DNA of 63,308 nt, counting the filler, from Lenisia limosa (taxonomy: Eukaryota; Protista; Breviatea): the NCBI GenBank assembly GCA_001655205.1. It is 13 parts of 13 records of this genome, joined end to end, with 100 filler letters (N's around TTAATTAATTAA, not from the genome) between each part and the next. Parts side by side here need not be neighbours in the genome. Positions count along the whole stretch, not along the records: positions 47,563 to 58,066 come from LPNZ01007922.1; positions 58,167 to 59,380 come from LPNZ01005836.1; 11 more parts are not named here. One strand, given 5' to 3'. Made by a program: the position numbers and the translations under genes. This document shows, in pieces, positions 47,600-59,480 of the stretch (positions are counted from its first letter, which is position 1; each line of letters starts with the position of its first letter). Below the pieces are notes generated by a model, which had not been told where the DNA came from, did not search any database, and worked only from the letters and a program-made list of their open reading frames with translations.

Positions 47600-50500
47600 G
47601 ATAAAAAGACGCCCCACAAACGGAATCGAACCAATGGAGCGAGTCGAAGGCGACGTCATGGTCCAAGGTCTTGATGAGGTACGCCAAGCCAAGGGCAAAC
47701 CCGTCGTCGGTGAAGAGCCCGTCACCGCGGTTCTTCATGAGGCGCTCCTTGGAGTCCTAGAGCATGGGATGCAGAACAGGATGGTGATGATGATGTAAAG
47801 AAGTGCGCATGATACACAAATACGAGCCCTCTAACCGAAATGTAATCGACATAGTTGATGATGAGAGGAGGGATGATCAGGAAGAAATTCTTCAAATGGA
47901 TGTTAGTTTCGGAGCGGAGTTGGTCCTTGAAGGCCTCCACCAAGAGCTTGTTGTATTCAGTGCCTGTTCGGTTTTATATATGACAGCAGCCCAACAAAGA
48001 TAAGGCAAATGATTGGGTGCATTAATATGATGAACTTTTTAGCTACTTTAACAACCTCATCTCAACATCATACTGACAGAATAAATGCCATACAACAGGA
48101 CGAATGGATGACACACCTTCACTGAAGTTGCTATCGAGGTTCTCAACAACCGCATCCAAGTTCTTGCATGCCTTGACTGTTTCCTCGGGCATCTTATCCC
48201 TAATTGTGTTAGTGCTTCCACTTCACGTCCTCATTATTCGTGTTCTCCTCCCTCCCTACTTTTCAGCTTGTTCAGTGAAACAAGGAATGTCAGTCAGATC
48301 AGGGACATACTACAACGGTCACGATAAAAAAAAAAAAAAAAAAAAANNNNNNNNNNNNNNNNNNNNNNNNNNNNNNNNNNNNNNNNNNNNNNNNNNNNNN
48401 NNNNNNNNNNNNNNNNNNNNNNNNNNNNNNNNNNNNNNNNNNNNNAAAGTCACCTTAATGGCGTTGGAGATGTGATGGATGACGCCGGACCGGACCAAAC
48501 GGACAAAGGCCATAGTGTTTCCAATCTCGGTAATCAGAACCCTGAAACGGTCCAGGTACGTCTGGTCTAAACGAGTGAGGAAATGATGACGGCATGACGG
48601 GATGTTATACTACAGGAGTTTATTGACTTTTTTTTAGTGACCATATACCCCTCTCGCACCATCATCCCCCCCNNNNNNNNNNNNNNNNNNNNNNNNNNNN
48701 NNNNNNNNNNNNNNNNNNNNNNNNNNNNNNNNNNNNNNNNNNNNNNNNNNNNNNNNNNNNNNNNNNNNNNNNNNNNNNNNNNNNNNNNNNNNNNNNNNNN
48801 NNNNNNNNNNNNNNNNNNNNNNNNNNNNNNNNNNNNNNNNNNNNTGAGGAGTGATAATAAAGACCATTTCTATATGATGGGGATGATAAGCTATTCTATT
48901 GATTTATGTTTAATAGTATATTACTACATACTATTTAAAGTATTTCCAGATATCATATGATCTGCAATTTGATCCTTTGTTTCCCCAACCGGTCATAAGG
49001 ATACTGAGAATGGGGGTTGTCAGTTTTAAGCTCCTTGAAGAAACGAGCGTCCTTGATCAGCCTAAAGCGTTATAACAGCAATGGTGAAAGGCTAGAACCA
49101 TGACTTCTCCAAATTAACCAAAAATGCCTTCCATCAAACCTTGATTTGATGTGGTCATTGAAGAGGAAATCGCTGAAGACGTGCAGTTTCCTAATAAGGA
49201 ACTGGTAGGTGAAGTTGACGGCTGTGTTGGCAATTCCGGTTCCTGTGGAGGGGGTCAAAGTAAAACAAAAAGGCGCTGTCAGTTTCCGTTCCTGTGCTGA
49301 AATATATTTGTCGGTTTTTTATTGTAAATGAGTCATGCGACCAAAGTGAAGCAGTGTTACTCGGATGCCAACCATGGGTTCTAATGCTATTGGCAATGTG
49401 GACGATGTTGATTGTGTGCAGGAATTTGGACTCTGACTCCCTTTCAATGAAAAGCTAAAAGAGATGAGAAAGCAAAGAGGAAGTTAACTTTGATAAAGGG
49501 CAAGAGTACGATTCTAAGCCACTTAGTCTAACCTGAGTGTTGAGATTGTAGTTGAAGCGCGTGACGAAAACGTGGATGTTGCGCATGACTTCAAGTACAT
49601 CAAGACCTTGCTCCAAGGNNNNNNNNNNNNNNNNNNNNNNNNNNNNNNNNNNNNNNNNNNNNNNNNNNNNNNNNNNNNNNNNNNNNNNNNNNNNNNNNNN
49701 NNNNNNNNNNNNNNNNNNNNNNNNNNNNNNNNNNNNNNNNNNNNNNNNNNNNNNNNNNNNNNNNNNNNNNNNNNNNNNNNNNNNNNNNNNNNNNNNNNNN
49801 NNNNNNNNNNNNNGCCCTCGTAGGTGCGCCAAGACCCGAGGTTCACGGTGGTCAGGTTGTAGAATGTGGTGTCAAGGTAGTGCCGCACGCGGTCTGCAGT
49901 ATTAGACAATAGAAGGTAGCATTAGGCTCATATAAGCCGACTAAAACGATAAATACAGCATTCCACACCATCAGCATATCGTCCCACGCTATAGACTTCA
50001 GAGAGTCACAACCTTCACCATCAGCTGATTGGCTTGAGAAATATTATTCCCTCACCCACCCTTGATGCTGATAGTGATGCCCATAAAAGGGATCGGTTTG
50101 ATGAGCAAAAGACGTGCCACATCCTTGATGTCCGACTTCCAGGGGTCGCGTGTATCCACCTTTGGGGGGGGGGTGAAAATGGAAAATTTATGAAACAAAA
50201 AAAAAACCCCGAATCAACTCGGTTGGCTTAGCATTTGCGAAACACACAAGGGATTAAAAACAACAAAACAAAGCCCCAGTCGCTTCTCACCACTCCATTT
50301 AGTGAACAATCAACTCAGTTACACATTTGAGAGCATCAGTAAAACGAAGGAAATTTAGATTGAGAATATTCTCCTTAAAAAAGCAACAAATATGACTAAA
50401 AAACTGGGGTGCCTTAAGGAAACAAAAAAAAGTATAGTATACTATAGCATGGGTGGGGTCAATACTAAACCAGTGAGATGAACGTTTAGAAGTCAATTAC

Positions 50501-53500
50501 CCAGTTAACAACAATCTTGCTTCACCCCCCCCCCCCCCCCNNNNNNNNNNNNNNNNNNNNNNNNNNNNNNNNNNNNNNNNNNNNNNNNNNNNNNNNNNNN
50601 NNNNNNNNNNNNNNNNNNNNNNNNNNGTTTTCAATTTCGTGGCAAAGAGGCTCAACCAACTCAGTCATCAGAGCTGTTTGGACCTATTGGAATGAGGAAA
50701 AATTAACCCAAATCAATCAACACATTGGGGTAAAACGAAGGTAATGGCGAATATCGACGTAAACCCAAATATATCAACTCTATTGGATCAACATCGGGGT
50801 AAAACGAAGGGAACTGTAATGGCGAATATCGATGTAAAGGGAAGAATGTCAAACCTCCTCGGAAAATGTCTCCACGAGGGTTTTGCCGTCCTTTGGGGAG
50901 TGGACTGCCTTTAGAAGGTTGGCGTGGCAATCCTGTGCCATTAGCACCAGGTAACCATAATGGTTTGGATTTTGGTATACCATGAATTATTTCTTCCCCT
51001 TTTTTACTGTCAAAAGTTAATAGAAAGGAGAATAATGAACAGAGAGCTATACATAAAAAAAATATATATACAGTATAGTATATGATATCATACGTATACT
51101 ACATGATTGTTTATCCTTGGATTGTGAAATGGGATTACAAAAGCAAATATGGGGTCAAAGGTCACAGACAATAGAAATGATACACCCCCACGGCAAATGC
51201 AGGCAAAAGGTAATTGAGGTCTCCAGCACGGGCGGGGCGGCTGTAGATGTCCGACAGAATGGTGGGGATCAGGTTACGATGGGCATAGAGGAAGCCACAC
51301 GAAGCAGAATTCTCAATGTAGTCTAGATAATCAATTGGGTTTGATAAGAGAGTATATGTTGAAATACAACGCAATTATTAGGGCTTCGTGCAATTAATTT
51401 TTTGAAGAAATTAATTGAAATATTTGAAATTAAAGTGTCTCACAATTGAGCTGACATTACAAAGTGTCAAATTCTATAATAATTTTTCAATTAACTGCAC
51501 AGCTCTCTCTATCAATAACTCTCAATTGTTTTAGAGTTTCATTTTTCTGACCCCCCCCCCCCCCCCNNNNNNNNNNNNNNNNNNNNNNNNNNNNNNNNNN
51601 NNNNNNNNNNNNNNNNNNNNNNNNNNNNNNNNNNNNNNNNNNNATGGGCGCAGAGTCTTGCACGAGACCCTTTGAGGGTGAGGTAGGGGTATAAAGCAAA
51701 AGATAGCGTTAAACGGGGCTGTTTTAAATAATACTAATAGTCAGAGTAGAAAAGGGAAAAGCTCGTATCACCTCACCTATATGTTCTGTTTCAAAGCTAT
51801 TTAACCTGTTTAGCAATCATCTTGCAAATAAGCAATATATTTCGTTATCATTAGGCACCATTTGCATGCCATTAATCTATTGTACTCACCCCCCCCCCCC
51901 AANNNNNNNNNNNNNNNNNNNNNNNNNNNNNNNNNNNNNNNNNNNNNNNNNGGTTGACGAGTTGTTACCAACCAAGAGCTGTGTGGTGAGAAACGACCAA
52001 ATGCGACATCAGATGAGCTTATCTTAGTTCAGAAAAAGATCCTTAGAATATCCACATTTAAGGTGTCATTAGTAATTGTTAGTGAATTGGATGCAGGATA
52101 AACCAAAAAATACAGGGCTCAAGAAGGCTCTTCAAAACGGAGCCAACACGGAACAAGGCCCACATTTTCCATGAGGAGAACGGCGGCGTGGGGTTCGGAA
52201 GATGGGTTCATGAACTTCTGGTTAGCTTGCAGCCGAGCTCGGATGGGAGTCAGGGTCCTGGGGAATGAAGGTCATAATTAAGGCTTCACTTCGGTTCGGG
52301 AAAATATCGATAGTTTTCGAGGATTTATCGAGCAATTCAGTCTTTTCTCGAACCGAAGTGAAGCCCTTGTCATAATCGAAAGATATCATTTCGTAGGCCT
52401 TTTCGAGGCTGTATAGTTGGGTTTTGTAAAGAAGTGACAGGGAATGACCCCCCCCCCCCCACTTGATGATTTCCTCATTAATGACTTGGGAAAGGTTGAT
52501 GACCACTTCGGCTAAATCGCGAGATACCCTGAAGAAGGCCGATTCAATAGCCTGTAAGATAATGAAATACAGCGATAACCAAATACTTAAAGAACATCAA
52601 CTCCAAGACACATATCACATTGATACAATATCCTCTATCAGAGCTCTGAAAGCATCATAGATGTAGAAACTATCGCAGATTGCCTCGAGGACAGGCCCAC
52701 CTTGGCAAGTTGGATACAGAGGACAAGGCATCGGACTTGCTTGAGACCTATAGGGTAAACGGAAATGACACCAAACGTCATAATGTCATTCAGAAATCCA
52801 TCAATGAAATAGAAGTACTATCCTTATGTAATTTTTAAGTTTGTTTCCCTTTTTTTCTGTATTATAAACACTTATTTTAACAATTTTTTTCTGTCTCACC
52901 ACTATGCCATACAATAATTTCTCGCTCTAAAAACCAAACATACCCAGCGGAATACTGAGAGCCGCATGGACAGAAAGGAGGTCCTTCACCATAGTTGTTG
53001 CGGTTTCAGCAAGGTTTAGGCCCTATGGAGTGAGGAGTGGATACCTGGAATATGGAGCCAATGGAAGAACGATCCCAAAAAGAATGAAGACTCGAAAAAT
53101 TCTCATTTTCCTTCTATTATCTACCTATCTAGCAAGCAGCAAACCTCGATGATGAGGCCTGCCTGACTGGTGTCCCTCATGCTGACAAGCCATTTTGAGA
53201 CTGCAACTGAGAGCGTTTGCACGTCACTGAAGGTTAGAACCATAACCCTTTCAGTATGGTAGATCTTTCGATGACGTCACGAGGGAAGAGTATAACTCAG
53301 GCTTCACTTCGGTTCGAGAAAATATCGACAGTTTTCGAGGATTTATCGAGAAATTCAGTCCTTTTTCGAACCGTAAGTGAAGCCCTAAGTATAACACAAA
53401 ACAGATCTGACCTGGCGGTGGAGGCGTCCTTCTGTTTGAGGTATTCAATGCGGTGCGGCCGCGTATCGACGTCAGAAATCAGCTTGCAGAGATGGGGGGC

Positions 53501-56216
53501 ATATCTGCTGCGTGAGGAGCATGTAGAAATGGGGTTAGGGTTAGGGGGTTTGGTACACGTTGAAGAAGAGGGAGAGCAGAGATTGAAATAATTACCAGCC
53601 CGGTTATGTACAAATCTAAAACGGCCTCGACCCCCGACCTGAGAAGGAAATCAGCAGGGTACCACATGATATCACCAAAAAGATGGACAAATGGAATCTT
53701 CTTATGTGTCTCAAAGAGTTGCTGCAGAGTGAAAAGCATGGATATGCGATTAAAAACAAGGTTGCCCCCAATGAAGATCGCTCGTTTGGGTTGGCCCTCC
53801 GGTTACCTTCAGGAACTTCTTGTCGTCAACGTTGTGGAAGAGAGAGAACCACACCGCGTAAATGGCAAAGGCGCCAACAACAAGCTGTCTGTTCACCGGG
53901 CGATGTGCAGCCGCTGTNNNNNNNNNNNNNNNNNNNNNNNNNNNNNNNNNNNNNNNNNNNNNNNNNNNNNNNNNNNNNNNNNNNNNNNNNNNNNNNNNNN
54001 NNNNNNNNNNNNNNNNNNNNNNNNNNNNNNNNNNNNNNNGTGTTAAATTGTGAAAGCTGCCGAATCGTATCCCCCTCTGTGAAAATAAGCTGAGATAGTA
54101 TTATGGTTCCAGAGCGTCACTAGCAGCTCCTCAAGGGCACAGGTCCCATAACCTACGGTTGAGGGACTCGGTGTGCATGGCCTTGGCAGCCTCCATCATC
54201 TCATGGGACAACGTGCGGTTCTGGAAGATTGTCTGTCGGTCGTGCCCTTCAATCTCTGCTGTCATGATGGTCTGCCAAGGTGAGAGGGGTAAGGACTCCA
54301 TTAGGTGAACCATTTTAACACACGTACAAACACATCAAAAAAAAAAAAAAAAAAAAAAANNNNNNNNNNNNNNNNNNNNNNNNNNNNNNNNNNNNNNNNN
54401 NNNNNNNNNNNNNNNNNNNNNNNNNNNNNNNNNNNNNNNNNNNNNNNNNNNNNNNNNNNNNNNNNNNNNNNNNNNNNNNNNNNNNNNNNNNNNNNNNNNN
54501 NNNNNNNNNNNNTATGATAACCTTGCCAACCTGGAAAGTTGAGGACTGGAGCAGGGTAATTTCAACGTCAACAAGGATCTCCTCAAAGTTGCCTATGTCC
54601 TCTTCACTCGCAGCAAAACGGTCGGGGTCTTGTGAAATCACCTTCAACATCCTATGATTGTCAGGGTAGGACTATGGAAAAGATCTTTGTACAACTGTTC
54701 TGTTTTGCTGAAAATCGTTCAATTTCTTCAAATAGCCCCTCACTGTCGGTATTGTCTGAAATGGTCCCTGAGAAGGGAGTTTTCCATGACCACAGCGTCC
54801 ACAGTGACAAGTGTTGTTAACGTCTAAAGGTTCAGCAGAATCTAAAAGGATTCGGAGATTCATTGCAAGTCACGGAAGAGAAACAAAAAGGCTTCTCTTT
54901 GACACTTTGGTGCATCCTACCTGAGCAAGACGGGACCAAAGACTGTGGATCCGAGTTCCGGTGAAGCTTGTGGCACCTAAAGATATGTCATTGTTTTGTA
55001 TGTTTGTTTTAACAGGGATTGACACAGAATTACATCAAGTAGCTCTGAGCACCTAGTGTGTGTGTGAGGGGGAAGGCGCGCCCCGCGATAATTATGGTGA
55101 TTTATTTACGGTATCCGTATGTTTCCTTGGATTTATTTAATATATTGTCTTGCTCAAAAAAAAACTCTCTTCTATGATGAAGAAAGGTTAAAGAAGAGAA
55201 AGCTGCCCCCTGCCGCCCACCAGATTGAGGATAGGAGTCACAGAGGAAAGCAAGGGCCTCAAGAATAGCCTTCTGACAGTCCTTCACGAATTGAGAGGCG
55301 TCTTTTAGGGCCTCCAGCGACTGGGCCATTTGGGCCTGAGGGGTGAGAGGTGTGTCATTTCGACTGTTTGTGGTATAGTATACGGGTAGATGCCAAACAG
55401 TAGCTAGTGATTATGAATGGATGCACATCAATAGAAATGTTCCCTCCGGTCATTTTCAGACCTCATTTTCTCCAGGTTCAATTAGAGTCTCATCTTTGAT
55501 AGGGTCACCATAAACGAAGAGAATTGGCAAAAATGTCTCATTTCCCTAGGTGATGAGGATGGGATGCAACACACAACTATGTATGAAAGCTATTTGCCAA
55601 TACCACCCACTGATTTAATAAGTTCATCCATACGCTGGCACAAAGTAGTCAATCTCAAAAGAGACTCTGAAAGTTGTGTGTTCTCAGTCTAAATCATGAA
55701 ACTTTAGCATTGGGTTTTGGAAAAAAAAGAAAGAGTTGGGTGAAAATGTTATTCGTGAATAGAAAGAGAAATTGTACTCTCACAGCCATGTGTTCAAATT
55801 ACCCAAGGATACACCATTCTGTTATAAAGACGTTCTGTTATATACGCATAACCTCTCAAATTAAACACAAAAGGAGAGACATTCAAAGGGAAGAAGATTG
55901 TTTGTTGTAAAAAGAAAATCGTGTTCACAGGACACGGTAAATAATATTCAAAAACCCTTGCCACCTTAAGCAACTCATCAGCTTCAATGCATTCATCGGG
56001 GTTCACAAAGAAGGAGAGAGGGAAGGTAGACTTGTCCCATCCCGTGGCAAAAACGTCTTCCAAAGCCTCATAAGTGTCGCGGAACTGGTCTCCAACTTCT
56101 TCAATGAACTTATGATTCTTTTCACGTTGGAGGCGCTCAACAATCCCTACAGAGTCGAGTTAGAGGTGTTTGGAAATAGTGGGTCGCTTACTCTCTGAGC
56201 CGTCTTCTAGTTCCAT
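47600..56216 (-). CDS. WASHC4: WASH complex subunit 4 (SWIP/KIAA1033), 3' end truncated
   Basis: Exons [66 protein letters not shown] and [20 protein letters not shown]. Start MELEDGSE at 56216 is inferred. Confidence 0.92.
50160..50280 (-). repeat. Family B repeat ending exactly at a WASHC4 acceptor
   Basis: ctggggctttgttttg...tttcataaattttccattttca-C10-aaag|VDTRDPWK (conserved WASHC4 exon). Confidence 0.8.
50700..50835 (-). repeat. Tandem array of about 2.5 units (about 62-66 bp) of subfamily G, related to family B
   Basis: ggggtaaaacgaagg...taatggcgaatatcga occurs twice, with cccaaat..atcaactctattgg between the copies. Confidence 0.65.
51379..51506. mobile_element. MITE family A'
   Basis: tagggcttcgtgcaattaatt...aattaactgcacagctct. 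Confidence 0.65.
52280..52368. mobile_element. MITE family A in a WASHC4 intron
   Basis: taaggcttcacttcggttcg...cgaaccgaagtgaagccctt. Confidence 0.8.
53298..53387. mobile_element. MITE family A in a WASHC4 intron
   Basis: aggcttcacttcggttcgag...tcgaaccgtaagtgaagccctaa. Confidence 0.8.
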
Positions 56217-56364
56217 TCCAATACTCTACTCTAAATACAATCTGACAATACCAGTAACTAAAATCCCTTTTGTTTTTTTTTTTTCACAATTTTTAGCTTA
56301 AACGGAACCCGGGTATAACCAGGGATCTCCTGAGATGCTCTGAGAATAATTCCGGCCGCGGGGG

Positions 56365-56373
56365 TATAAAAGG
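56365..56373 (+). promoter_or_regulatory. Possible TATA box in the divergent gap upstream of WASHC4
   Basis: ccgcgggggTATAAAAGG, with a GC-rich block immediately upstream. Confidence 0.3.
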
Positions 56374-56649
56374 AATGTTGTGTTGAAAATTAAAAATTCA
56401 AGACTAACGACACACATATATAGCGGAATAACTTTAAAGAATATATATCTCTCTAAAAAGAACTACGTCCCCTTTTTGCTATTTCTATAATGGGGAACCA
56501 GGGGTCTCATGCAGGCCACGGCAGCCATAAGGGCTATTCTAATCAAATACCCGACTCACCAACAGTTAGGAAGACCAAACACACTGTATTCACTGTTGAG
56601 GTTAGTTCTTCTCCGGTCTCTACCGCCTTTCTGTCCCCTTTCTAACCTA

Positions 56650-57690
56650 ATTAGGTGGCCCAAGATCCTACAGAGTCGTTTCCTAAGCATGTTATCCTTG
56701 AACTAACTCCTGACGGTGTCCGAGTTGAAAACAAGCAAAATGTAGTTTCTGCTACTGGTCGTTCTTTCTCATCTTTTTTAGGAAGTGCTTTATTCTTGTT
56801 CATGGCTTAGAATTCCCACTTGGTCAATCAAAAGAGGTTGGAAAATGATTACCTTTTATTCCCCAATTTTGGTTGCTTGAATGGTGGTTCATGTATTTGA
56901 TTATTCGAGTATCAAGTGTTGCTTTTGACAACTATCAATAAAACAAACGATTTGTTTGCTTCCATAGTTTTTTTGCGTCAACATCTTATGTTTCACAATC
57001 ACTTAATGTTCATATTTAACTCTGGACAGGATATGGCATTGGGTTCACTGAGAGACTAAAGAACTCAACGGAGACGCGTCTTTTCTTTTTCAACACCCCA
57101 CAAACAGACAAATACCACAAATCAGTCACCATTTGTCAGCATGGGAGGGATGGGTTCGTAAACAAATTGAAACGGCGGGGNNNNNNNNNNNNNNNNNNNN
57201 NNNNNNNNNNNNNNNNNNNNNNNNNNNNNNNNNNNNNNNNNNNNNNNNNNNNNNNNNNNNNNNNNNNNNNNNNNNNNNNNNNNNNNNNNNNNNNNNNNNN
57301 NNNNNNNNNNNNNNNNNNNNNNNNNNNNNNNNNNNNNNNNNNNGACAAAGTACCAATTTCTACCCCATCCCTCTCCTTCAACTCGTTAATACATCGCTTC
57401 TAATTAAAGGAATTTATGGAATGTATACCATTGTCAGGTTCTTTTTTCGCCCCTTCCTGCATCATTTGAATATCCTCACTGAAACGATTGCAAATACTGT
57501 TATATTGAGGGTCAGGAGCCCCTTCAATGTTGCGATGAGCAGCCCTTTTTGCTATCTCCATCCCCGGTGACCGTTTAGACACGAACCAGCTGTCATCGGA
57601 CCTGCACCGTCGGCAACAAGAGAACATGTCACATGCTGAGGAGCCGATTGAGATTGAGGTTGATGGAGAGATCTCCCTCTCTAACCAGTA
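56650..57690 (+). CDS. Small unidentified multi-exon gene divergent from WASHC4
   Basis: Putative exons SFPKHVILELTPDGVRVENKQNVVSAT, HLSAWEGWVRKQIETAG, GIYGMYTIVRFFFRPFLHHL and ...EEPIEIEVDGEISLSNQ*. Confidence 0.35.
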
Positions 57691-58199
57691 GCCGTGTGGC
57701 GCTGTATGTTTCTGCTGTTTCTTGGGTTTTTGGCTTTTTCATTATTTAATTATTTATTCGATTTTTGTATTTTTGGATCTTCGAATTCAGGCGCTTAATA
57801 TTTGTGGTAATATAGGATGGCACGATTTGAGCACGATAGCATGATTAAAAAAAAAAAAAAAAACCCCGGTTTGAACAAGTCACGGAATGCATGGAACCCC
57901 GGAACCCGAAACCGAAACCCACAGCCAAAAAAAAGCATAGTGCGAAGTGCGATAGGAACATTTGCCTCCCAAACAGTATTCCCAGCCCCTAATCCCCCAA
58001 TCTATTAGCGTTACAAGCAACAATGAAAGAAGCTCTGCGCCAGCTCTTGGACAGCTATCGAGCAATNNNNNNNNNNNNNNNNNNNNNNNNNNNNNNNNNN
58101 NNNNNNNNNNTTAATTAATTAANNNNNNNNNNNNNNNNNNNNNNNNNNNNNNNNNNNNNNNNNNNNTTCCCTCAGAAGAACCTATTCCTCACATCCTGC

Positions 58200-59320
58200 G
58201 CATTTTTTACTCTCAAAAAAATATCAAAATAATCAACTCCCGTACCGGTCCAAGGTGGCAGGTCTTGGGCGGACCAATTTACCGGGGTTCTCACCCGGGT
58301 GCAGCATCCAGAGTCAGAAGGAAGCCTGGGGGGGGGGGAGTGTAAAGAATGGTAATTTATGAAAAAAAAACAACAACCCCAAAATCGTAAATCAGCCCAA
58401 TAGTGACACGTAGAATGAGTAACAAACATAGCAAAAAAACAAAACCCAAACCAGTCGCTTCTGCAGCACCTCATCCCAGCACTACGGTATAACGAATCAA
58501 TTATATGAGTATTCTCATTTTCACTATTATCTCTCCCTCTTTCAACACAAATCAAACCCCTCTATTTTCCCTTTCAACCCAGCCGCCCACTCTATTTCCT
58601 CATTCAATCCGGTGGAAAAAGGCGGTACCACGTAGCCGTCGCCGATACGGGGTCGAGGATAGGCCTTAAGAGGACGTCAAAAAGCCAACAGAGTTGATTT
58701 TGGGCTTTTGTGTTTCATAAATTTTCCAATACCCCCCCCCCCACCTTAGCTGAGGGAACTGACAGGGGGCTCGGGTCTATTTGAGGGTGGTCCGGCTTGG
58801 AGGCGACTGGGGAGTTAATAATAGAAATAATAATGGGGTATATACAAAACGAGTTAAAAAGAGTGTAATGTGAAACAGAGCTCATTCGGTGGCTTATAGG
58901 GGGATTATATAGTTGCAAAAAAAAAAAAGTAGGACAGAAAAAGAAAAACAGAACAAGGGGAATTAGGGCTTCGCTTCGGTTCGAAAAAGACTGGTAAAAT
59001 ATCAGTATTTTTGAGGATTTAGTGAAGCCCTACTTGATGGCCAACAGAGTTCATTAGGTGGCGTATAGGGGGATTATATACTAGTTGCAAAAAAAAAAAA
59101 ANNNNNNNNNNNNNNNNNNNNNNNNNNNNNNNNNNNNNNNNNNNNNNNNNNNNNNNNNNNNNNNNNNNNNNNNNNNNNNNNNNNNNNNNNNNNNNNNNNN
59201 NNNNNNNNNNNNNNNNNNNNNNNNNNNATCCAACTCCCAACTTCTCTCCGGTTGTGAGAAGATGGCGGCGGCGTGGGAGGCTTGAGCGTGGAAGGCTGCA
59301 GGCATGTTGCCCAGGTTCGT
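58200..59320 (-). CDS. Unidentified multi-exon gene fragment
   Basis: In-phase spliced exons VASKPDHPQIDPSPLSVPSAK|AYPRPRIGDGYVVPPFSTGLNEEIE|LPSDSG, plus upstream exon TNLGNMPAAFHAQ. Confidence 0.5.
58326..58455 (-). repeat. Family B repeat ending at an acceptor
   Basis: tttcataaattaccattctttacact-C-run-ag|. Confidence 0.65.
58682..58744 (+). repeat. Family B repeat, antisense to the gene, with its G-run end at the donor
   Basis: Minus strand reads aag|GT-G-run-tattggaaaatttatgaaacacaaaagcccaaaatcaactctgttggctt. Confidence 0.75.
58963..59031. mobile_element. MITE family A, internally deleted
   Basis: ttagggcttcgcttcggttcgaaaaagac...gtgaagcccta. Confidence 0.7.
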
Positions 59321-59480
59321 CTGAGTGTTAGGGGTGGTGGTTGGAAAGTTCTGGAACAAAAAATCCCAAAATCAACAGGGNNNNNNNNNNNNNNNNNNNN
59401 NNNNNNNNNNNNNNNNNNNNNNNNTTAATTAATTAANNNNNNNNNNNNNNNNNNNNNNNNNNNNNNNNNNNNNNNNNNNN

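Noticed and set aside
48990-49010. GTATCCTT U12-type donor on the minus strand
   Set aside because: It is coding sequence (Q-Y-P-Y) in a conserved WASHC4 exon.
52222-52506. Open ORF through the MITE suggesting an exonised MITE or an AT-AC intron (ATATCTTT...CCTTAAT)
   Set aside because: A single GT-AG intron at 52258-52462 gives IIK|[15 protein letters not shown], which fits WASHC4 in frame without it.
58963-58969. TTAGGG/CCCTAA at MITE ends read as telomeric repeats
   Set aside because: Single hexamers explained by a TWA target site plus a GGG TIR start; no arrays.
9640-59480. Recurrent TTAATTAATTAA palindrome and ORFs ending in LIN or runs of X
   Set aside because: Identical 44N-12-44N spacing marks an artificial concatenation linker; ORFs running through N-runs are artefacts.
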